From contig VJWM01000107.1 in NCBI GenBank assembly GCA_010909165.1, positions 682,001-746,000 on the forward strand: DNA of 64,000 nucleotides, given 5' to 3'. The position numbers and the translations under genes were made by a program. This DNA comes from Anthoceros angustus (lineage: Eukaryota; Plantae; Anthocerotophyta). The notes below the pieces were generated by a model, which was not told the origin of the DNA, did not search any database, and saw nothing but the letters and a program-made list of their open reading frames with translations. Shown here piece by piece: positions 1-13,137 of the stretch (within the stretch, counting starts at the first letter, position 1; each line of letters begins with the position of its first letter).

Positions 1-1100
1 ACACGGTGTGGCTGTCCAGCGATGAGGAGCAAGACAACAGGCATAGAGACCATAGGCGCGCGACGTCCACGGGGAGGCACGAGGAAACGCAGGCAGCTAG
101 AGCGAAGTGGAGGTTTTGGGAGAGAGTCGCTCGGATCAGAGGCGTGGCCGGAGAGCGAGGGGGACCCCTATGGGCCGTAGGGCTAGGCAAAGAATCATGA
201 GGTAAGTAGCTGATTTTAGGGGAGCGCGACATCATAGGTCCGGGGTTTCCTTTTGGGTTAAGGGATAGGATGTTTTGAGCACTGCGGGCTATGGTTACTG
301 GATTGGTAGGGCGCTCGTGGTAGAGGCTACAATTTTTAGACCTTGGAGGGATGTCTTTGAGCAGCTAGATGTATAAGAGACCCTTTGTGTGTCTCTCTCT
401 TAACGACAATTCGGTGTGAACTTCCGTGTCGGACCAGCAAGGTTGATTGGAGCGTCGATCGATCGAATCGGTCGATTGGCCTTCTCGTCAAGAAGGCGGG
501 AAGATCCCAGACGGTCGAGGCGGACCAAGTTCCACCGGCTGAACGAAGGTGCCCGGCCAAGCAGCGTCTTGGAAAGGGGCAAGGAATTCTGCGGAAGGTT
601 GGGGTGAGATCCGACCAAGCCTGTGACCATCACCGCGCCTTTTTCCCTCCTTCCCTAAGCCGCCATTTTAAGGCGTGTTCAATTCTATAAGTGGTGAGGT
701 CTGTGTGGCCCGTGGTGAGGTCTGTGTAGCCTGAGAAAGGGAGCGAGAGGGAGTATTCATGTGTGGTATAGTGGGAGGTTTTTTTTGGAAAAAAGGGAAA
801 GGAGAGAAGTGTCACTTGAGGAGATGCAATGCTTTGAGGAAACAGGGAATGTTAGAAAGGGGAGAAGTGAGCGATGAGATCAGTGAGGGTCGACGCCGGA
901 GTGAGGCCTCGTGGTGTTCATGGACATGGTGCCTAATCCCTGGAATGTTCTGAGCGCGGTCTCCCTTGTGAGTGAATTAGAGTAGGTGCGATCTTAGGTG
1001 TGTGTGCGCGTGAGATCACAACCCTCAGAGACCACGCCAGGAGGAAGGGGTTTCCAAAGACCACCGCGCGCACACGCGAGTTGCGGTGGGGCCCGCCACA
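1..1100. mobile_element. Probable end of a large gypsy-type LTR (cut by window edge)
   Basis: Ends ...CCCGCCACA at 1100. A GA-rich block ~250-350 bp before the end mirrors the layout of the 4.9-kb LTR-like family read on the minus strand. No partner copy in the window. Confidence 0.3.
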
Positions 1101-1339
1101 ATGGTTGAATCAGCCACTACGGTGGCTGAACTCCCCCACTGCGGTGGCCGAGACTTCCACGGTGGTGGATTCAGGTATGGTAGCTGGTTCTGGTAGAGTA
1201 AGGATCGGTTGTGGTAGAGCTATGACCCATAGTTTTAGAACATCTTGACACAAAACCATTCCCTTGGGATCGAATCCTAGGACTATAACGACATAGAGGG
1301 TAAATGTGGCCTCTTTGCGCCTTCGGACGCAAAAACCCC

Positions 1340-1790
1340 ATTCCACAGCATTCAACATGGAAACTACGTCCATTGCTTCGTTACTCGTCATCTGAAAAGG
1401 TGTGTAGCCTGTGGAGCTCTGTACAGTGTTATTATAACAAAACTCTGCATCCTCAAGATAATCACTTTGGTCTCGCTGGTCTATCCGTATATAGTGTCGT
1501 AAGTATTCTTCTTGGATTCTGTTCACCCTCTTTGTTGATCCATTTGTATTTGGGTGGTACGCTGTGCTCAAATATAATTGCACTCCTAAGCTCTTCATAA
1601 ATTATTGCCAAAACTCTGCAGTAAATTTGCGATCTCTATCATTCACAATCTGCATAGGTAGTCCATATAACACATATACATGCTTCTTGAAGACAATGAG
1701 GATGATACAGCAAGATGAGCAGAGCCGCCAGAATCTTAAGTTACTAAACCTTGAACCGACTGCAGAAGCGGAGTGTCCAACGCGGGAGGC
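1340..1790 (-). pseudogene. Ty3/gypsy integrase core remnant
   Basis: Minus-strand peptides HVYVLYGLPMQIVNDRDRKFTAEFWQ and STAYHPNTNGSTKRVNRIQEEYLRHY...AEFCYNNTVQSSTGYTPF, broken by a stop. Confidence 0.85.
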
Positions 1791-2960
1791 CCACCTATGG
1801 TGAACTAGAACGATATCTCTGGAGTATAGATGTGCCAACCAACATGACACGCAGCCGGAGGCAGGCCTTCGTACACTATGCTCGCCCCTTTCGGATGTAC
1901 AATGGATGCTTGTTCAAGATAGAATCGAACGGAGTGGAGCGACGTTACCTGCAACTGGAAGAAACATAGGCCGTAATCAGAGGAATGCACGAGGGAGTTG
2001 GCGGAGGACACTATGCCATCCAGGTCACCGCCAAGAAGATTTTGGAGGCCACATACTGGTGGCCCACAATGTATGGGGAAGTACACCAGTTCGTCAAGCA
2101 GTGTGATGCTTGTCAGCGGATCGGGAAGCCAACCCCGGCAATACAATGGCTGTTGGTGCCTATTATGGCGCTGGCACTTTTTGAAAAATGGGGTATTAGG
2201 GCCAATACAATCAACGACAAGACACACCCAGAGGAGGTACATCCTGGTGGCAACGGACCATTGTACCAGGTGGGTAGAGACAGTGGCAACTCGGACGGAC
2301 TCCGCGAGTACTGTAGCAAAATTTATATACGAGAACATTATCACCAGGTACGGGTATCCATTGCAGCTGGTAAGTGACAGGGGAACCCATTTCCTTAATG
2401 ATGTGGTGGCCGCCATGACGGGGTACTTTGGCATAAACCATCGGAAGACGGCACCATACAATCCCAAAGTGACTGGATTGACGGAGAAGACCAACGGACT
2501 GATCTGCCGGATCCTGAAGAAGCTAACGATGAACTATGCTCATGATTGGGATACCAAGCTACCATCAGCTTTGTGGGCGTTTGGGACGGCAGAGAAGGTA
2601 ACCACCCAACGGATGCCCTATTATCTTTGTTATGGGCACTCCCCCATCATGCCAGTTGAGTTCGAAATACCCATTTTTCGAGTAATGATGGAGGGGCGCA
2701 TGTTAGAGGAGGAGAGCCAGTTGGAGCAGCTCTTGGGGTTCGTTCAGCACACGGAGGATAGGGAGGAGGCCCAACCAAAAATGCAGCTGGTGTAGAACCA
2801 GCACAGGATATGGCAAGACCGGAGGCAGCGCAATCAGGAGTATGTGAAGGAGGGGGACCTGGCCCTTCTTTATGACAATCGTTACATGCATTTTCCAAGG
2901 AAGCTTCACCTAAGATGGATGGGTCCACACCAGGTGTTGAAGGTGTAGGAGAACGGGTCT
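1790..2960 (+). pseudogene. Ty3/gypsy (non-chromovirus, Tat/Athila-like) integrase remnant
   Basis: HHCC zinc region (HEGVGGGH...YWWPTM...CDACQ), core YILVATDHCTRWVE...VSDRGTHF...TAPYNPKVTGLTEKTN, and C-terminal KLHLRWMGP; frameshifts and stops present. Confidence 0.9.
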
Positions 2961-3055
2961 ATTCAATTAAGGCAATCCCTCCTTTGGGTTTAAGGGCCAC
3001 GAGAGTTGCGTTGAGGCCAGGGCTGTTCTAGAAGCAAGGCAACCGGCAAGCCGGC

Positions 3056-4309
3056 ATGGCTCCCAAGAAGACGGCGGAAACTTTGGAGCCCTGGACATTG
3101 GTGGAGAGGAACATCACCACCAGGCGCTACCCCGATTTTTGCCCATGGCTGGAGGAGGCGGGCGAGCTCGTCTAGGAGTGGCACCTAGACATATTCCAGG
3201 CGGTTTGCACGTACAATAGCGTGACGCTGGTCCGGGAGTATGCCCAGAAGCTACTGGCGGTGGTGAACAAGTCCGTCCGTTCAAAGAGCTTGAGGGAAGA
3301 CCCTAGGCGATGGACAGTGGAGACACTCCGCGCCGTGTACAACCGGCCCACGGAGGAGGTCGGAGGGATGGTGCCGGAGCCCCTGAAAGGAAAGGGGAAG
3401 TTCGAAGCGATAAAGGCCGCACTCTTGAAGCAAGACACCCAGAGGTCCTCCAATGGGTGGTTGATGTCGGACGTGAAGGGCCGAGGGGTGAGGGCATTGG
3501 CCAAGATCATCGTCCACTGGAACATGCTCACCAAGGTGGACCACCTGGGGGACAACCTACTGGTGTTCCTGCATGCCCTCATGAGGGGGAAGCGGGAGGA
3601 CTGGGGGTGAATCATTTTTGCCCGGATAGCATAGGAGGCGCGTAAGCTGCGCAACGAGCGGCCCCCTCCATCGGCGCTGTCCCCTTTCATCTTGCATGTC
3701 TGGGGATACCACAACCTCTCGAAGGAGGGTGAGGAGGAGCGTGCGCTCCGCCGGGGGCTGACCCACCTGCTGATTGCAGGGAGGGACGATGAGGAGCAGG
3801 TCCCGAACAGCAGGCCGACAACGGAGCCCAAGACCCGGCGTACTCAGGAGGGGGAGGATTGGAAGGGCATCCTGGATGCCATTCGCTTCCGGTCCAGCCT
3901 TTGGAGCTAGCCTTTGGAGCTAGGGACGGACCCAGAGGTCCGACCTTTGGAGTTAAGGATGGACCCATTGGAGTCCGAAGAACCGAACCAGCGGCCTCAG
4001 AGCGAACGGACTCCGGTCCCTCCTCCGGCCAGACTAGTGGACGGGGGGCCCACCAGGGCGCAAGGGGGCAATGCCCAAACCCCGGAGCTGCTATCAGCAG
4101 AACCAGAGGAAGACTTGGTGGTGACAGTAGTTGTCAGTGCACCTCCAGGAGTGAGTCCTAACCAAGGTCGAGGTGAGACCTGGGCCCCTGCCGAAAGGCC
4201 CCTAGGGGTCAAGGATAATCAGGCTGGGCGCGCCTGCAGCACTAGGGTTGGGGATTGGGCTGCCAGGTGGGGAAGTAAGCAGGAGTCAACTGCAGCCCCA
4301 TTGCTGTAG
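3056..4309 (+). pseudogene. Gypsy accessory ORF downstream of integrase (MAPKK...), one frame with 4 internal stops
   Basis: ATG at 3056 (MAPKKTAETL). Track ORFs 3221, 3692 and 3914 are all in this frame; the only interruptions are TAG/TGA stops. Confidence 0.7.
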
Positions 4310-4633
4310 ACATACGTAGCCAGGCATAAGGATCTGGTATCCCTCTCGCGTGTGTAGGTCGCTGGCAGTAGGGCTCGTACCCGGGTTGAAATAAAGGCAC
4401 TGCCTTAGAGGCAGTATAAGAGGGGGGTTGCCACTCCTGTAATGCGATTTTTCTTGGGGGGTTGATGCTGTGTTGTGCATACTGACTTCTATGAGCCAAG
4501 CACCCGAATCACCAAGCGGGCGGGCTACCGCAGAGAGGATTATCCAGGTTTTGATGATGAACCCCCTAACGCGTAGAGGTGGTTGCAGGTGCAGAGGAAC
4601 CGCGACCCCTGCTCCTCCAGGGCGGGGCGTAGG

Positions 4634-4790
4634 TGACAAGTGAACCGAAGTGGACAAGGGAAGCCGGACGACCAGCTGAGGGCGTGGAAAACCCGGACAG
4701 GCTGGACCAGGTGAATGTGGATGCGGATTAAGCCAACAAAGGTTTAAGTAGCAAGTCTAGACGAGGTTAAGACAAAACCCGGCACCGTCA
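4634..4790 (+). mobile_element. Short putative 3' LTR of the plus-strand gypsy element
   Basis: TGAC...GTCA termini preceded by purine-rich GGGCGGGGCGTAGG; no 5' partner in the window. Confidence 0.45.
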
Positions 4791-5142
4791 TAGCCAGCAT
4801 ACTATGCTTGCCCAGAAATTGTCATACAACACATTCTTTGTCTATCTTTTATGACGGACCTAGCGGAAATGAAACCTTATCATATCCCTGTTGTCATAAA
4901 TCCGCTCATTTTGTAGTAGTGACCACCAAGCACGCTTGTAAGAGGTGCTTCACCGTTCAAATTATTGTCTGGAGCGAATCCGCCATCCCCATGATTGTGG
5001 CCAGCAAGTGAAGACATGTGGCGGAGTGCAGCCAAAGTTGTTGAAGACGTTTGGTATGAAGTTCATCTCGCAAAACTGAATTTGCTGTCAGCCCAAGACC
5101 AAGCCCACAAGTCAATTAACCAACACCGATGACACATCTCAT

Positions 5143-5340
5143 GTGAGATTGGCCAGTTGGTATGGTTCCGAGTTCGACCTCATAGGTATCCGTCTTTGGT
5201 GCCAGGAAAAGACAAATTGGCTTACCGGTTTGCACATACCCTTCAAGGTGCTTAGCAAAGTGAATGAGGTCACCTACAAGCTCGAGCTCCCAGCAAACTG
5301 GAGGATGTGCCAAACCTTTCTCATGAGTATGCAGAAGAAC
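5143..5340 (+). pseudogene. Gypsy integrase C-terminal (GPY/F-type) fragment
   Basis: PFKVLSKVNEVTYKLELPANWRM matches the GPF.V...V.Y.L.LP motif. Confidence 0.7.
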
Positions 5341-6921
5341 ACGATAAAATTGTAAGGGGGTGAATATACACGAAGGGGGCTTTCTGTACAATATACGCCA
5401 AAGGGGGTTCGCAATGGGTTGGGAAAGAGTGATTCACATGAAATTTATAATTACACACTGAAAAGTAAGGTGCCGACCTGATGGACGCCTCGCTTTCATG
5501 AACCCGCCAGTGTTTGTGCATGGTATTAGTAATGCCACACACCTCTCAAAGTGTTGAAATAGAGCCCATGAACCTCCCATTCCGGGTGGTCAATTGTACA
5601 AAGACTTTGGTCCTTTTCGAAGAGGACACCATGGTGGACCTAATACCCTATGCACCATTTCCAGTCGTGGCCTGTGAAACTTGAGAGGGTATGAAATGGC
5701 ATGGAAAGGGTGGTAGACAACCTCCCTATTTTATGCCACCTCCACATTTCCCCAAAATGATTTTGTGGGATGGGCGCCGGCCGGCTGGCGCCCACCCTTG
5801 TCCAGCCGATGTTGTACCAACCCCGGCTTGGATTGATAATTTGTACTGATGCCAACATCATAATTTTTGAAGGGGGTGAATAATCTCGAAGGGGGTTTTC
5901 CGTAAATAATCTCTGAAGGGGGTTTTTAATGGGCCCTAAAATGTTTTAAGGCATTAGGAAAACATCTCGAAAAAAGGTGTCACCCACTAAAGTTCCTACT
6001 TTCCATCCAAAGAATGTTTCCGAATGGTGGTTGCAAACTCGAACCTATGGGATTAATGCAAAGTAGGAACTAAGAAGGGGTTGCCGGAAGGGACGATCAG
6101 AATTTAGTTTTGGGAGGAAAATGTGGTTTAGTAAGGACACAACAAAAGCCATGGATGTGGTATTTCCAAAACACAGAACATTTGGAACTAGACGCTCAAC
6201 ATTCACTGGGACCCCGGACAAAACCGTGATTTCGGCCACTCATCACCGTAGTTCAATCCTTCGTCATCACTTGGTCCAGCCTCCAAAGATTGTCATCACT
6301 ATCTTGAGGCACTTTGACTCGCAGTCAGATGAAGTCCGCAACTCGCAGAGCTTATCCCTTATCGCTTTTTGTGTCCACCGCATACATGTTTCCGTCAACA
6401 CAAACCCATAATATGTGATGGCTATTTCATTCACAAACACCTCCGTATGTTTTTGGGTAATGGACCTTATTCCCTTTTTCCCCAAGATCGCACTGTATGG
6501 GTTGGCACTGACGACTATGTATTCCTACACATATCTCCTTCGTGACGATCTGTGCTCGGTCCGATACCGGATAAGAAAGTGAGGTCGTGGTGCATCTAGC
6601 TTGGCCAATGACTCTCCCAATCCGAATGGCCTATATGCGTGTCCATAGTGCACGACCCGCGTAAACATCCCTTCAAGATTTCCATTATGTCCCCATTCAT
6701 CCGCGCCATTCCCATGTTGCCTTCCGCATTTTGATATGCCCCCAAGTACATATCACGCGTGGAGGTCCCTCAATAATGCCTCATCTAGCAAAGCTTCATC
6801 CGCACTTGAAGTGGTCAGTCATATGATCCACTCCGCACGTGAAAACCACTTCCAAGGACGTAGCACTAGCCCAATGTTATTCTCCACAATGATAGCAATC
6901 TCCTTCCGGTCCACCCAAAAG

Positions 6922-9900
6922 GCTTCCCACCACTTGTACTCTTCAACCACCTATGGACGAAATCTTTTAAATGCAAATGGGCCACACTTTCCATCGGTGA
7001 TAGGATACCGCTGCCCTTCTTGTCCCCTAGCTTCACCAGCACGTAGGATGGTGCTAAGGGAGGCACTGGCCTCCCCATGCCACGCTCATGGCCGGCCGGC
7101 CGGCGCCTCCCCTAGCACACCACATAGTCGGGCCGCACATCTCGCCCATGGGCGGCCGGCCGGCGCCCGCCAGCAGCACATCCGCCCATGGGTGCCGGCC
7201 GCCCGCCAACACGCCCGCCTTCCATGGCGCACGCCCCCTAGCACACCCTACCCATGGGCGGCCGCCCCACCGCCCCACACGCCGTTATGGGCGGCCGGCC
7301 GGCGCCCATGGGCTCCTCATTGGCTGTCTTTAAGAAAATAAATATTTAACGGCTCAAGAGTATTGCAACTTGGGACCGTTGGTCAAGTGTTTGGGAAAAA
7401 AGTGTAGTAATGCATAGGTCTGATGTATGAAACCCGTATCTCTTCAGCTCAAGTTACATGTACCATACTCACCACCATTCATATTATGAACACTCGTTCT
7501 CATGTGAAAGCTCATAGATAGTCACGCCACACATATTATACCTATTCTACAAAGAAACAGAGATAGTGCGCAGAGGCAAACATGATACAAACTTTAGTGG
7601 TACATCACGAAAGTGTAGTGAAAGCAAGCTTGCAATTAAGAGAAAATGAATTAAGGGTCACAAGGCCATAAGGCATGAGTGTTTAAATACTAGGAAAGTG
7701 GCTCTTCGCTAGTGACTCTTCGCTGAACCTATGGCCTAGATTATTTAGTGTCCTACTTTATCTATAAAGTAGGACACTAAATAATATTAACGCTTACTAA
7801 TTATTTCTAACACCCCCTCATTGTGGAGTGATTTTCTAAACCAAGTGGTCACAAAGAGGCCACATTTACCCTCTTTATCGTTGTAGACTTGAGATTCGTA
7901 CCCAAGGGAGTGATTTCGTGTCAAGACAACCAAAACATAGCCAATCCAACCAAAACACACACGCCAAACATCTAGCGATGCAGACTACTACCTAACAACA
8001 CTCGGACTGTGGCTATCTTAGCCACGACCTGATGCCACCCGAACGGATGACCCGGTTAACTTAGCAACCGCCCTCTATTTCTAGCGAGGGGGTCCACCTT
8101 GGGATCAGTCGGCTATTAATAGGGTGGGTCCCAGTCGGATCCAAGTGGATAAAGCTGATCTCTCCTCTCTCTCTCTCTCTCTTACTCATCCACAAAGTTA
8201 GATCCACCAATCGTGATTACCGCCCCATAACTCCCTCCTCCTCTCACTCTTGCAAGATTTCTTCTGACTTCCTTGCCTCTCCAGCCTTTCAGCTCACCTT
8301 CCAGCTCCAGACCCGTGCTCTCACACCCCTTGAGGTGCCTCAGTCCCCACACTCTCCAAGTTTCCCCAGCCTCTTCAACTCTCCTTGTTCTCACACCTCA
8401 CCGCCCATTCAATCTCCACTTCCAGCTCACAGCTCCTCTCCAGCCCCTTACAAGGTTCTCATCCACCTTACAACCCTTCACCAACTCTCAAAATACTTGT
8501 TCATCTCCCAATCAATTCCATCCACTCACGGATCTTCAACCTCCACTCACGGCTCTCTTCAACAACACAAACATCACTTACAGACTTCTCCAGTCCTTCT
8601 TACTCCTCTCAAACAGCCAATCAGCAACTCTCCATGTCCAAAGATTCTCCACTTCTCTCAGCTCACTTTTCCTCTCATTTTCCAAACACAAGCCCACAGG
8701 CCTCCAACTCACTCAACTCCCCACACACTCCCGCCTTGTCTTCTTCTCTCTGCGACCTTGACACTGAAAAACTTAAACACAAGGTGAGTACTAGACAAGC
8801 AGAGAATGAGTAAAGGAGGGACAGCCTCCCGCTTCCCACCACTTGTACTCTTCAACCACCTATGGACGAAATCTTTTAAATGCAAATGGGCCACACTTTT
8901 CCATCGGTGATAGGATACCGCTGCCCTTCTTGTCCCCTAGCTTCACCAGCACGTAGGATGGTGCTAAGGGAGGGCACTGGCCTCCCCAGATGCAGTTTAC
9001 CGCGCCGCCTCCCTAGCACACCCTACCCATGGGCGCCCGCCAGCAGCACATCCGCCCATGGGTGCCGGCCGCCCGCCAACACGCCCGCCTTCCATGGCGC
9101 ACGCCCCCTAGCACACCCTACCCATGGGCGGCCGCCCCACCGCCCCACACGCCGTTATGGGCGGCCGGCCGGCGCCCATGGCTCCTCATTGGTGTCTTTA
9201 AGAAAATAAATATTTAACTCAAGAGTATTGCAACTTGGGACCTTGGTCAAGTGTTTGGGAAAAAGTGTAGTAATGCATAGGTCGATGTATGAAACCCGTA
9301 TCTCTTCAATTGTTACATGTACCATACTCACCACCATTCATATTATGAACACTCGTTCTCATGTGAAAGCTCATAGATAGTCACGCCACACATATTATAC
9401 CTATTCTACAAAGAAACAGAGATAGTGCGCGCCAGAGGCAAACATGATACAAACTTTAGTGGTACATACTGTCAGAAAGTGTAGTGAAAGCGGAAGCTTG
9501 CAATTAAGAGAAAATGAATTAAGGGTCACAAGGCCATAAGGCATGAGTGTTTAAATACTAGGGAAAGTGGCTCTTCGCTAGTGACTCTTCGCTGAACCCT
9601 ATGGCCTAGATTATTTAGTGTCCTACTTTATCTATAAAGTAGGACACTAAATAATATTAACGTTTACTAATTATTTCTAACACCCCCTCATTGTGGAGTG
9701 ATTTTCTAAACCAAGTGGTCACAAAGAGGCCACATTTACCCTCTTTATCGTTGTAGACTTGAGATTCGTACCCAAGGGAGTGATTTCGTGTCAAGACAAC
9801 CAAAACATAGCCAATCCAACCAAAACACGATACACACCAAAACATCTAGCGATGACCACTACTACCCTAACAACACTCGGACTGGCTATCTTAGCCACGA

Positions 9901-10692
9901 CCTGATGCCACCAAGAAGACTTGCTAACTTAGCAACCGCCTCTATTTCTAGCGAGGGGGGGTCCACCTTGGGATCAGTCGGCTATTAATAGGGTGGGTCC
10001 CAGTCGGGATCCAAGTGGATAAAGCTGATCTCTCTCTCTCTCTCTCTCTCTTACTCATCCACAAAGTTAGATCCACCAATGATTCCTCCCCATAACTCCC
10101 CCCTCCTCTCACTCTTGCAGCATTTCTTGACTTCCTTGCCTCGTCCAGCCTTTCAGCTCACCTTCCAGCTCCAGACCCCTGCTCTCACACCCCTTGAGGT
10201 GCCTCTCTCAGCCTCCCACACTCCAAGTTTCCCAAGAACTCTCTTCAACTCTCCTTGTTCTCACACCTCACCGCCCATTCAATCTCCACTTCAGCTCACC
10301 TCTCCAGTCCTTACAAGGTTCTCATCCAGACCTTCCCTTCACCAACTCTCAAAATACTTGTTCACCTCTCAATGTCCATCTCACTCACGGGATCTTCAAC
10401 CTCCACTCTCTCTCTTCAAGAACACAAACATCACTCAGACTTCTCCAGTCCTTCTTACTCCTCTCAAACAGCCAATCAGCAACTCTCCATGTCCAAGATT
10501 CTCCACTTCTCTCACTCACTTTTCCTCTCATTTTCCAAACACAAGCCCAGTGCCTCAACTCACTTGACTTCCTTCCTTCTCCACACACAGGCTCCCGCCT
10601 TGTCTTCTTCTCTCCTGCGACCTTGACACTCGAAAAACTTAAACACAAGGTGAGTACTAGACAAGCAGAGAATGAGTAAAGGAGGGAGCCTC
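6922..10692. repeat. Imperfect tandem duplication, unit ~1.9 kb (6922-8830 / 8831-10692)
   Basis: The same ordered blocks (GC-rich GGCCGGCC motifs, copia LTR, start of the big LTR) occur twice; differences are mostly small indels. Confidence 0.9.
7614..7812 (-). mobile_element. Copia-type LTR (minus strand) with polypurine tract; other copies at ~9480-9682 and 16071-16212
   Basis: Minus strand reads GAGGGGGTGTTAG (purine tract running into the LTR start) ... CACTACA. The left boundary is less certain. Confidence 0.65.
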
Positions 10693-11164
10693 CCGGCTTC
10701 CCGACCCCTTCCTCTTGACCTTGAGGACTCCCTCCAAGGAGACCACAAGGCTCCCTCCCTTGCTTTCCACCACTCTTGCGGATCCGCCACGATCCGGGCA
10801 ACTTGGTAGTCTTCTCCCTGGGAGGAACGTCAGGCTTACAAAGACCGGATCTGGAACCTCCCAAACCCCGGCCCCAAACACCGAGACTTAGGCCAACATT
10901 GCTTACATTTCATCAAGAGGGCCTCTTATACCCAAGATCACCCACAAAGCTTTCTTGCCAAAAATACCAATCCTCTTAGCCTACCAATCCTAGAGGCCTA
11001 TCTATCAATTCATCCACTATGAGAGGATAAGATTTACCTATAACACATGGGCCTTTAGCTATTTCAGGCCACTTACCCTATTACCTCTCCGGGCCTCCTA
11101 GCCCCATGTTCTCCTCTTGCTCTCCTCCCTCTTGGCTGGTTGGGCAATCTCTCCCATAAAATCT

Positions 11165-13137
11165 CTACCTCCTCAGCTGGACTCCTCTCTCTCTTGTGCT
11201 CGCCGCATAGTCCTGCACTCCTCCTCGGTGAGCTCTTGAATCTGGATGGGTCGGTGAGAGTTTCCTCCTTAAGAATCCAACCCATAGGTAGGATCCAAAG
11301 GTGCCAAGGCATGGATCAAGTACCTCCATGTCCCCTGTGCCCACAACAACATAAACTTTCGGAGACAATCTTCTCTCCAGCCAAGGAGAATCCGGGCACA
11401 TGGTTATCTTGATAAGCATCCTCAATCTAATGCACCATTGGGAAGTTAGACTTCTTAGGCGGTGCTTACCCGCTCCCCCGGCCTGCTTGTCCTCCTCCCG
11501 GGTCTTGCCCCTTCTTCCTTGTTGTAGCTGGTCTTGGAGCTGTTGCTCCCTTAGCAGTGCAGGTGTTGCTTCCTTAGCGGCTTTTGCTTGCTTAGCAACC
11601 TCCTCTGCTAACTCGACAGATTCTTCCATGGGAGGCTCCGCATCTTCCACGGTGGCTCTCCTTGCAATCCGGCCCTCTTGGCCTCTTTCCAACCTTTCCT
11701 TGCCTCGTCCCTCTCCTTCTTGGCGCCCAGAGGCATCCGCGGCCTGAACTTGATCCGAGATGACATTCTGCAGCCTCCCTATGGTGCTTTGTGCGTCCGA
11801 GAGCTGAACCATGAGGGTTTCTGATCCTTGGTCTTCCGCAACTCTTCTCGGACCTTCCTTAATTCCGCTTCCATGCTACCTAGGCGTCCCTCCAAGACCT
11901 CCTTCTCCTGCTTCATTCCCCGGAGCCTCACCGCCTCCCCTGCCCCCCTGCGCTAGAACCTAACAAAGAGGACGAGCTATCGGTCCTCCATCTCACCTAG
12001 TGCGTGCCATAGCTGAGACCTAGGGTGATGTTAGGCCCCAAACCCCAATGGGTTCCCTCCTTCCTATCTGCGAATCGACTCTCCCCGCGACCACTCCGGT
12101 ATACTTGAGGTCACCCTTGAGCAGTAGTGACTTTCTCGGGTCACTCGGGGCCAAAGGTTGGGCCGATTCCGCCTGTTGACCTGTTGCTTCCCTGGCCACG
12201 GGCTCTTGCGGAACTGGTGCTCCTCTGGCCTTTCCTTTATCCTGCTTCTGTCCAGGTGAGTTCCCAGTGCGTGCTCTTGTGGCTCTAGGAGTGGTTGGAG
12301 TCCCCTGTTGCTCAGCCCGACCTCTCTTGGTGCCTGTTGGGGTCTTGGCAACTCCAGCTGCTTTGTTAGCCACCGCGGCTGATGCCTTAGCAACTGCCAC
12401 ATTCCTCTTCATGGACACTTGGACTTCTCATCTTCACTCCCTGCATGGAGATGGCCTCTTCCTCGACTCCTCTTTGGGCTTCCTTCTTTCAAACACCGGC
12501 CTCATGGAAGGTGAGACCATCTCTATCCTCCAAAGAACTTGGCATGGTCAAAAATGTGGATTAAGAAGGAGATAGAGGGGGGTGATGGTAGGGTCAAGTG
12601 GTCCCTCTCCCCGCATCTTGTGTCATAGAACATCCTAGCCCAATCTATCTTGGACCCTCTCACCACCTCATAGAGAAAGACAAGAAATGGTCGACAATGT
12701 GCTCTAGCTTCTTAGTGAGTGAGAGCACAGGATCCACTTGGCTAATCCGCCAGCTCGGTCTAACTTGTTGGTGACCCAGCCATTCTCCACCCTAGACAAT
12801 GTGGGAGCAATGGCTTGTGCCTCCTGACTTTTGGGGAGATGGCTTCGAAAGGATCAATGATTATTCCACCACATTCCTCTTCAGCCTCATAGAGACTGGA
12901 ACAAGAATATTCCCCGGGGTTGGTTCTCGTGTTGCCTTCCCCTGTGGCCTTCTCCCTCATGTGCCCTGCACATTCCCGAACCAATTCTGGGCTACTGTAG
13001 CACCACTTTTTGTCCATGAAGGACAAGTGATGCTTGGCCACCAAGGAACCCGCTTTCACTCTCCAGTGCCCCATGTTGGGCCATTGAACCGTGGTAATGG
13101 CCTCAATGGCCACCGGAGTGGTCTTCTTAGGGGCCAT
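11165..13137 (-). pseudogene. Accessory ORF inside LTR-like copy 1 (MAPKKTTP..., coiled-coil-like C-terminus)
   Basis: ATG at 13137. Frameshifted peptides FEAI, NGWVTNK, RGSKIDWARMFYDTMR, then E/Q/K-rich VQLSDAQSTIGRLQNV. Confidence 0.7.

Noticed and set aside
6270-6900. Minus-strand coding-like stretch next to GC-rich GGCCGGCC repeats, possibly a DNA transposase
   Set aside because: Multiple stops and no DDE or zinc-finger motif I can identify with confidence.
8273-8813. Ser/Leu/Pro-rich ORFs here and at 10079-10679 and 33429-34103
   Set aside because: Products of CT-rich low-complexity sequence in the LTR-like unit; the frames are not conserved between copies.
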